From an uncultured Candidatus Binatia bacterium (GTDB lineage Bacteria; Desulfobacterota; Binatia; UBA9968; CAXXLF01), in NCBI GenBank assembly GCA_965218425.1, contig OZ244621.1, forward strand, positions 3,648,001 to 3,712,000: a stretch of 64,000 bases of DNA, in the 5' to 3' direction. Numbering within the stretch: position 1 is the first letter of the stretch; the number at the start of each line of letters is the position of its first letter. This document shows positions 58,861-64,000 of this stretch, in pieces. The notes under the pieces were generated by a model, which ran no database searches, had not been told where the DNA came from, and saw only the letters and a program-made list of their open reading frames with translations. Both the position numbers and the translations under genes were made by a program.

Positions 58861-59465
58861 GGAAGTTTTCTGAGGGCCAGTAAAATCTGTTCGTTGCTTG
58901 CCCGGACCTGGTAATTCGTTTCCACGAAACGCCAGCGCACCGTGCCTTGGCGGTCAATGACGTAGGTTGCGGGGTGAGGCCAACCGGGGCTTTGAGGATT
59001 GAGGAGCCCGTAGCGGTCGATGACCTTGTGATCTTTGTCCTGGAGCAGGGGGAAATCGAATTCTCCGGGATAACTCTGCGCTAGCTCTCGGATGAAGCGC
59101 TTGGAATCCTGATGAGCATCGATACTGACCGCAAGGATCTGGACCTTTGACTTTTCTTCTTTAGTTAGTAAACTTTTCAGCTTCCCGAGCTGCCTACCAC
59201 AGAAGGGTCACCAGTGGCCCCGGTAAAATACTAAAACCACTTTCTTGTTGTTGTGAAATTGGGAGAGGGAAACTTTTCTCCCCTCCGTGTCTTCCAAGGC
59301 AAAATCCGGCGCCCTGTCACCGACCTTGACCCGATCCAGCTCCACGGGAGTCAAGCCTTTCCCGTCCCTGGGGCCGAGCTGGGCGTAACCCACGGAAAGG
59401 AGCACAACTGTCAGGAAAATGATCGTAGCGATACCGCGCGGAACCATCACGTCTCCTTCTGCCAT
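58857..59465 (-). CDS. Selenocysteine-containing AhpC/TSA (peroxiredoxin-like) protein with a UxxC motif
   Basis: In-frame TGA (59210-59208) within FYRGHW-U-PFC; the frame stays open through thioredoxin-fold motifs LAVSID, FPLL.D, PATYVID..G.VRW to TAG 58857. Confidence 0.85.
59178..59192 (-). promoter_or_regulatory. Candidate bacterial SECIS hairpin
   Basis: CAGCU-CGGGA-AGCUG, 16-30 nt 3' of the UGA, G-rich apical loop. Confidence 0.5.
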
Positions 59466-59646
59466 ATTAAACGGTTTTTACCCAATCGCAGTTCCCAATT
59501 CAAACCAATGGTTTTCGATCACCAGTTTCTAAACATTGATTTTTTTGTCAGTTGTCTTGTATGTTAAAGGAAGGGTTAGGACAAAACAGTCCAATTTCAG
59601 GTTGAAGTCTCCCAGCCTGTATCAGAACTGGGGAGGCGTGAGGCAA

Positions 59647-59739
<93 letters not shown>

Positions 59740-59855
59740 GGCTTAGTTATTTGTCAATCGTCAATGACGAGCGAGAGTTCGGATCTTACGGCTTGCACTT
59801 GGCGGTGTTATCCATTGACCTATGGTAAATAACTGTTGATAAATGAGGGATGTTG

Positions 59856-59969
59856 ATTGCTGATAGCCGGGTCCTGTGCAAGGTGGTTCCGTGAACCCCG
59901 TCAGGTCCGGAAGGAAGCAGCGGTAGCGGGTTTACCCCTGTGCCACAGGGAAGCCTGGCTGTCAGCAAT
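59856..59969 (+). ncRNA. ffs: SRP RNA (small bacterial 4.5S type)
   Basis: Conserved TCAGGTCCGGAAGGAAGCAGC domain IV, closing stem TTGCTGATAGCC/GGCTGTCAGCAA, upstream of dnaX. Confidence 0.95.
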
Positions 59970-60048
59970 GGTCATCCCAGCCTCCCTGGGCGAGGCAATT
60001 TAGATCTCAGATTTCGGGTTTGAGCTTGAAGATTCCCGGCGCAATATT

Positions 60049-61743
60049 ATGTCTTACTTGGTTTTAGCGCGAAAGTGGCGACCCCAGAACTTCGGGGATA
60101 TCGTGGGTCAGGGGCATATTACTCGAGTTCTCACCAATGCCATCTTGTCCAACCGAATTGCCCACAGCTATTTGCTCAGCGGGGTTCGGGGTGTGGGGAA
60201 AACTACTGTAGCTCGAATTATTGCCAAGGCCCTGAATTGTGAGAAGGGCCCGACTCCAGAGCCGTGCAATCGGTGTAGCCATTGTGTGGAGATTGTAAAT
60301 GGAAACTCCATGGACGTTTTTGAGATCGACGGTGCCTCAAATCGTGGGATTGACGAGGTTCGACAAATCATCGAAAACGTCAGGTATCAGCCGGCCAAGA
60401 GTCGATTTAAAATCTACATTATTGATGAGGTTCATCAGGTTACCAAAGACGCCTTCAATGCCTTGTTAAAGACCCTGGAAGAGCCTGCTTCCTTTGTCAG
60501 ATTTATCCTCGCCACCACAGAACCCCATCGTCTTCCGGAAACCATTCGTTCCCGTTGCCAGCGATTCGATTTCCGGCGGATCCCGGTCCATGAAATCGCG
60601 GGACGACTTGGTGAGATTGCACAGGCGGAGTCGCTGCACATCACGGAGGGGGCCCTGCTGCTGATTGCCCGCGAAGCCCAGGGAAGCATGCGGGATGCAC
60701 AGTCACTCCTGGAGCAGGTGCTCTCATATGCGGCCCCCGTGGAAGGGTCAAAAGAGGCCATCATCGAGGTGGATGAACGACTGTTGCAGGATATCCTCGG
60801 CATCGCGGAGCGAAAGATCCTCCACGATCTATGCGCGGCGGTCATGGATGGCGAACCAGGGAGGTGTGTTGAGTTGGTGGCAGAGGTGGCTGCAAACGGG
60901 TTGGACTTGACTCGATTATCCCGAGATTTGGTGGAGCAATTCCGAAACCTACTGGTGGCTCGATTGGCCGTAGGACAGGGCAGCAGGGAATCTGCCCCCA
61001 CCTCCCAGGGGTCTATGTCCGGGCTGCTGTTCGACCTCCACGACCAGGAAATCGAGGATCTCAAACGCCAGGTGACTGATGTCCCCGCGGAGGGCCTCAT
61101 GGACTATTTCAGGGTCATGTCGGAAGGGGATGAGGAAGTGGCTCGCTCTCCCTATCCTCGTTTCGCCCTGGAAGCCACTTTGGTGAGGCTTGCCACGCTG
61201 CCAAAGTCCATGGACATTTCCGAAGCCCTCCATCTGCTAGAGAGTCTGGAACGGAGACTCTCAGCAGGACGGGAACTTGAGGAATCAACACTCGATGAAG
61301 AAATTCCCCCGCAGCCGGTAAAAACGGATGTGGTTCATCGCGCCCCATCTCCACCGTCGGAGAAGCTCCCAGGTGAAGACAAAGGGGAGGTTTGGAAGCG
61401 ATTTGTCGCGTTTGTCATGAAGGAAAAGAAGTTTCTCGCTTCTCATCTCGAGAAGGTGCGTCCATTGGAGTTTCCTCCAGGGCCTTTAAAGATTGGTGTG
61501 GAGGATCGCCATCATTTGACCTATCTTCAGGATCGGGAGAACCTATCCATGTTGAAAGACCTTGCCGATCGCTTCTTCTCCGGCGATGTTAAGGTATCCA
61601 TCGCTCCTTCAAGTATCAAACCTCAGGAGGCAGAGCAGGGTACGGATCTGAGTAAAACCACCCCAAGTGAGGCAGGCGACGTGGTGGAGGAAGCACTTCG
61701 GATATTTGGCGGTTCCATAAAGGAAGTAAAAGAAAAGTCTTAA
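60049..61743 (+). CDS. dnaX: DNA polymerase III subunit gamma/tau
   Basis: YLVLARKWRPQ.F, G.RGVGKTT, Zn-binding Cys, EIDGASNRG, IIDEVH, LLKTLEEP, SRCQRF. Confidence 0.97.
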   Translation: MSYLVLARKWRPQNFGDIVGQGHITRVLTNAILSNRIAHSYLLSGVRGVGKTTVARIIAKALNCEKGPTPEPCNRCSHCVEIVNGNSMDVFEIDGASNRGIDEVRQIIENVRYQPAKSRFKIYIIDEVHQVTKDAFNALLKTLEEPASFVRFILATTEPHRLPETIRSRCQRFDFRRIPVHEIAGRLGEIAQAESLHITEGALLLIAREAQGSMRDAQSLLEQVLSYAAPVEGSKEAIIEVDERLLQDILGIAERKILHDLCAAVMDGEPGRCVELVAEVAANGLDLTRLSRDLVEQFRNLLVARLAVGQGSRESAPTSQGSMSGLLFDLHDQEIEDLKRQVTDVPAEGLMDYFRVMSEGDEEVARSPYPRFALEATLVRLATLPKSMDISEALHLLESLERRLSAGRELEESTLDEEIPPQPVKTDVVHRAPSPPSEKLPGEDKGEVWKRFVAFVMKEKKFLASHLEKVRPLEFPPGPLKIGVEDRHHLTYLQDRENLSMLKDLADRFFSGDVKVSIAPSSIKPQEAEQGTDLSKTTPSEAGDVVEEALRIFGGSIKEVKEKS

Positions 61744-61798
61744 GCGTTGAGTCGGGAGATGCGGACGGCACAGCACAGAACGGAGAATGGGGGATTCT

Positions 61799-62134
61799 AT
61801 GGCTAAGGGATTTGGCGGCATGGGAAACATGGGCAACCTTCTCAAGCAGGCACAGGAGATGCAATCGAAACTGGCGCAGGTTCAGGAAGAGATGGGGCAA
61901 AAGACCGTGGATGCGTCTTCTGGAGGAGGGATGGTGAAGGTGACGGTTAATGGACAACTGGTGCTTTCTTCAATCAAGATTGATCCTACCGTGGTGAATC
62001 CTCAAGAAATCGAAATGCTGGAGGATCTTATCCAGGCGGCCATCAATGAAGGGGTACGGCGGGCACGGGAGATGGTCTCGGAAGAGATGAGCAAGTTGAC
62101 GGGGGGTTTTAAGATCCCCGGGATGACGGTATGA
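61799..62134 (+). CDS. ybaB: YbaB/EbfC nucleoid-associated protein
   Basis: LLKQAQ.MQ, SSGGGMVKV..NG, EMLEDLI.AA.N; between dnaX and recR. Confidence 0.95.
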   Translation: MAKGFGGMGNMGNLLKQAQEMQSKLAQVQEEMGQKTVDASSGGGMVKVTVNGQLVLSSIKIDPTVVNPQEIEMLEDLIQAAINEGVRRAREMVSEEMSKLTGGFKIPGMTV

Positions 62135-62751
62135 ACGGACTTCCAGTACCCCTCGAACGGCTCATCCAAGAGCTGAGCAAGCTTCCTGGAATCGGCGAGA
62201 AGACGGCGGGTCGCTTGGCCTTTCATATGCTCAAGGCCGCCAAGGGCGAGGTCATGGCCTTGGCCGAGAGTATCGGCAAGCTGAAGAACGAAATTTCTCT
62301 CTGTGGCACCTGTTTTGGTCTTAGCGAAGTGACGCCGGGGGCAAATGATGACATAGGATGTAAGGTTTGCCGGGATCCACGCCGGGACAAAGGGCAGGTT
62401 TGCGTGGTGGAGGAACCGGTGGATATGATGGCTGTGGAAAGGTCAGGGGAGTTTAAAGGGGTCTATCACGTGCTTCACGGCGCGATTGCTCCTTTGGACG
62501 GTATGGGACCCGAGTCGCTGCGAATCGAAGATCTCTTGGTTCGGATCAAGGCCTCGGAGATTCAAGAAGTTATTCTGGCTACCAATCCAACGGTTTCGGG
62601 AGAAGCAACCGCGCTCTACTTGGCCAAGGTAATCAAGCCAATTGGAATCAAGGTCAGTCGAATCGCTCGAGGCCTGCCCATGGGTGGTGAGTTGGAGTAT
62701 ACGGATGCGGTGACTCTGGGCAAGGCCCTTGAAGGACGAAGGGAAATTTAA
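62131..62751 (+). CDS. recR: Recombination mediator RecR
   Basis: LPGIGEKTA.RLA, C4 zinc finger, CVVEEP.D, YHVLHG, EVILATNP, SRIARGLP.GG.LEY.D. Confidence 0.97.
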   Translation: MNGLPVPLERLIQELSKLPGIGEKTAGRLAFHMLKAAKGEVMALAESIGKLKNEISLCGTCFGLSEVTPGANDDIGCKVCRDPRRDKGQVCVVEEPVDMMAVERSGEFKGVYHVLHGAIAPLDGMGPESLRIEDLLVRIKASEIQEVILATNPTVSGEATALYLAKVIKPIGIKVSRIARGLPMGGELEYTDAVTLGKALEGRREI

Positions 62752-62914
62752 ATACTCATGTTTAAGACTGGGCGCCGGCAAATTTTCTTACTGGCACGGA
62801 GTTTCCCGGGTGCTCGTTCCATTAAGATGGTGGTATAAAACTCTGTAGTTATTTTAATGATATAGCTCTGGTTTATTATGTATAAGATTAGAAAATTAGA
62901 AAAGGGGGAGGGTT

Positions 62915-63211
62915 GTGCGTAAGCTGTCATTGCTTGTGTCGGTGGGCTTATTCCTTGCCGGTTGTGCTTTTTCCGGAAAACAATTATCCGAAGCCAAGGT
63001 TAAGGATATTCAACCGAACGTGACCACCAGGGAACAGATCCTCACTACCTTTGGGAAACCCGGCCGAAAGGGGAGCGATAGCGGTTTTGAGACATGGAGG
63101 TACAGTTACCGTAACTTCGTTGGAGGAGGTTGGGCCAACCGAGACCTCTACCTCATTTTCAACCCGGATGGTACGGTACAAAAATATTCCTATACCTCCA
63201 ACCAAAATTGA
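62915..63211 (+). CDS. SmpA/BamE-like lipoprotein
   Basis: Lipobox LAGC, TTREQI...FG.P, W.Y.Y, L.LIFN.DG.V. Confidence 0.75.
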   Translation: MRKLSLLVSVGLFLAGCAFSGKQLSEAKVKDIQPNVTTREQILTTFGKPGRKGSDSGFETWRYSYRNFVGGGWANRDLYLIFNPDGTVQKYSYTSNQN

Positions 63212-63328
63212 ATTCATGGGAAAGGGGCGCCCTGTGTTCGGTGAGGTCTATTCAACAGCGAGGGAGGGGGGTTTCAATCAAATTGAAGACGTGGTCAAAG
63301 GTGATTTCGTTAATGGTTTTTTAGATCT

Positions 63329-63472
63329 TACCTCTCCGAATTCGTTTACGATCACGGCCACACGGTGGTTGTGCTCGGAAGTCAATATACGGTTTAGCAG
63401 AGTGGTTTTTCCGGCACCCAGAAAGCCGGTTAGGATCGTGACGGGTGTCCGCGTCTGCAATGGATCTCCCAT
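63329..63472 (-). pseudogene. Truncated CobW/COG0523 GTPase (N-terminal 48 codons only)
   Basis: [20 protein letters not shown]......[10 protein letters not shown], then similarity stops and the frame ends at 63278. Confidence 0.85.
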
Positions 63473-63482
63473 AAAGCTGGAC

Positions 63483-63998
63483 TCAACGGGCAAGGGCGTT
63501 GTTGGGTAAATGAACAAAACCATCCATGAGCAGGCGTGCGGTTCGCGCCAGAGCGGCCTTTGAAAGTTTTAGCTCACCGTTGGCCTGTTCCATCTCGATT
63601 TCCACCTGAATGGTGCCCGAGGGATGGCCGATCCTAACGTCGGGCGGGTTGCTTGGCTGGATTTTTTTAAAAATCTCATTTACCAGGGTTCCCTCAATCT
63701 TGGCGGCGGCCCCAAGGCAAACGGCTCCAGTAACGGCGTAGGCCTTGTGCAGTTTTTGCAGGGCGGTCATCCTGGCAACGATGTCCACTTCCGATTCTTT
63801 AATGGGTCCTTTGGGTGTTTGGTATTGCATCGGGGGAGAGACCAGTGCGATCTTTGGCACTCCAGGGCTCGTGCGGGTGGCGTCCTCTTTTCTTGCGATC
63901 CCCATAATCTCGGCCACCACCGACCGAATCTCTTCACAATGATCGAGCAATTTGACGTCGCCGGCCACTTCTTCCATGGTCTCGTTTCCTTTAAGCTC
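63483..63998 (-). CDS. PrpF-family isomerase, 5'-truncated by the window edge
   Basis: [33 protein letters not shown]. Confidence 0.9.
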   Translation of the reverse strand, partial: ELKGNETMEEVAGDVKLLDHCEEIRSVVAEIMGIARKEDATRTSPGVPKIALVSPPMQYQTPKGPIKESEVDIVARMTALQKLHKAYAVTGAVCLGAAAKIEGTLVNEIFKKIQPSNPPDVRIGHPSGTIQVEIEMEQANGELKLSKAALARTARLLMDGFVHLPNNALAR

Positions 63999-64000
63999 CA

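Overview
A bacterial chromosomal window. Its gene content resembles uncultured Deltaproteobacteria/Binatia-type genomes (inference only). Five blocks are visible. (1) 1-16.6 kb: a dipeptide-type ABC transporter, an orphan EutA-like ATPase, an amidohydrolase, solute-binding proteins, Rieske oxygenases and a two-subunit CoA-transferase. (2) 16.7-35.7 kb: a salt/osmoadaptation island (two Na+:solute symporters, a 10-gene Mrp/Mnh antiporter, a Ca2+/Na+ antiporter, OtsA-like synthase, glycerate kinase, USP-fused GpgS and its phosphatase). (3) 35.7-42.7 kb: mixed enzymes. (4) 42.9-52.5 kb: two inverted 1090-bp IS481-like copies enclosing five catabolic genes. (5) 53-64 kb: MFS, ComDE-like pair, RidA, YciI, UbiD, a selenocysteine peroxiredoxin-like gene and the conserved tRNA-Ser/ffs/dnaX/ybaB/recR locus. 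The best signals are these. Both IS copies end exactly 5 bp upstream of a sigma70 -35 box, and in one copy the TGA of TTGACA is the transposase stop codon. A ~255-nt multibranch structured-RNA candidate lies at 14514-14768. The ORF track cuts a UxxC selenoprotein at its UGA. An ~80-bp hairpin element is duplicated 20 kb apart. Two genes carry hidden early in-frame stops. All calls come from reading the sequence and motifs by eye; no database searches were run.
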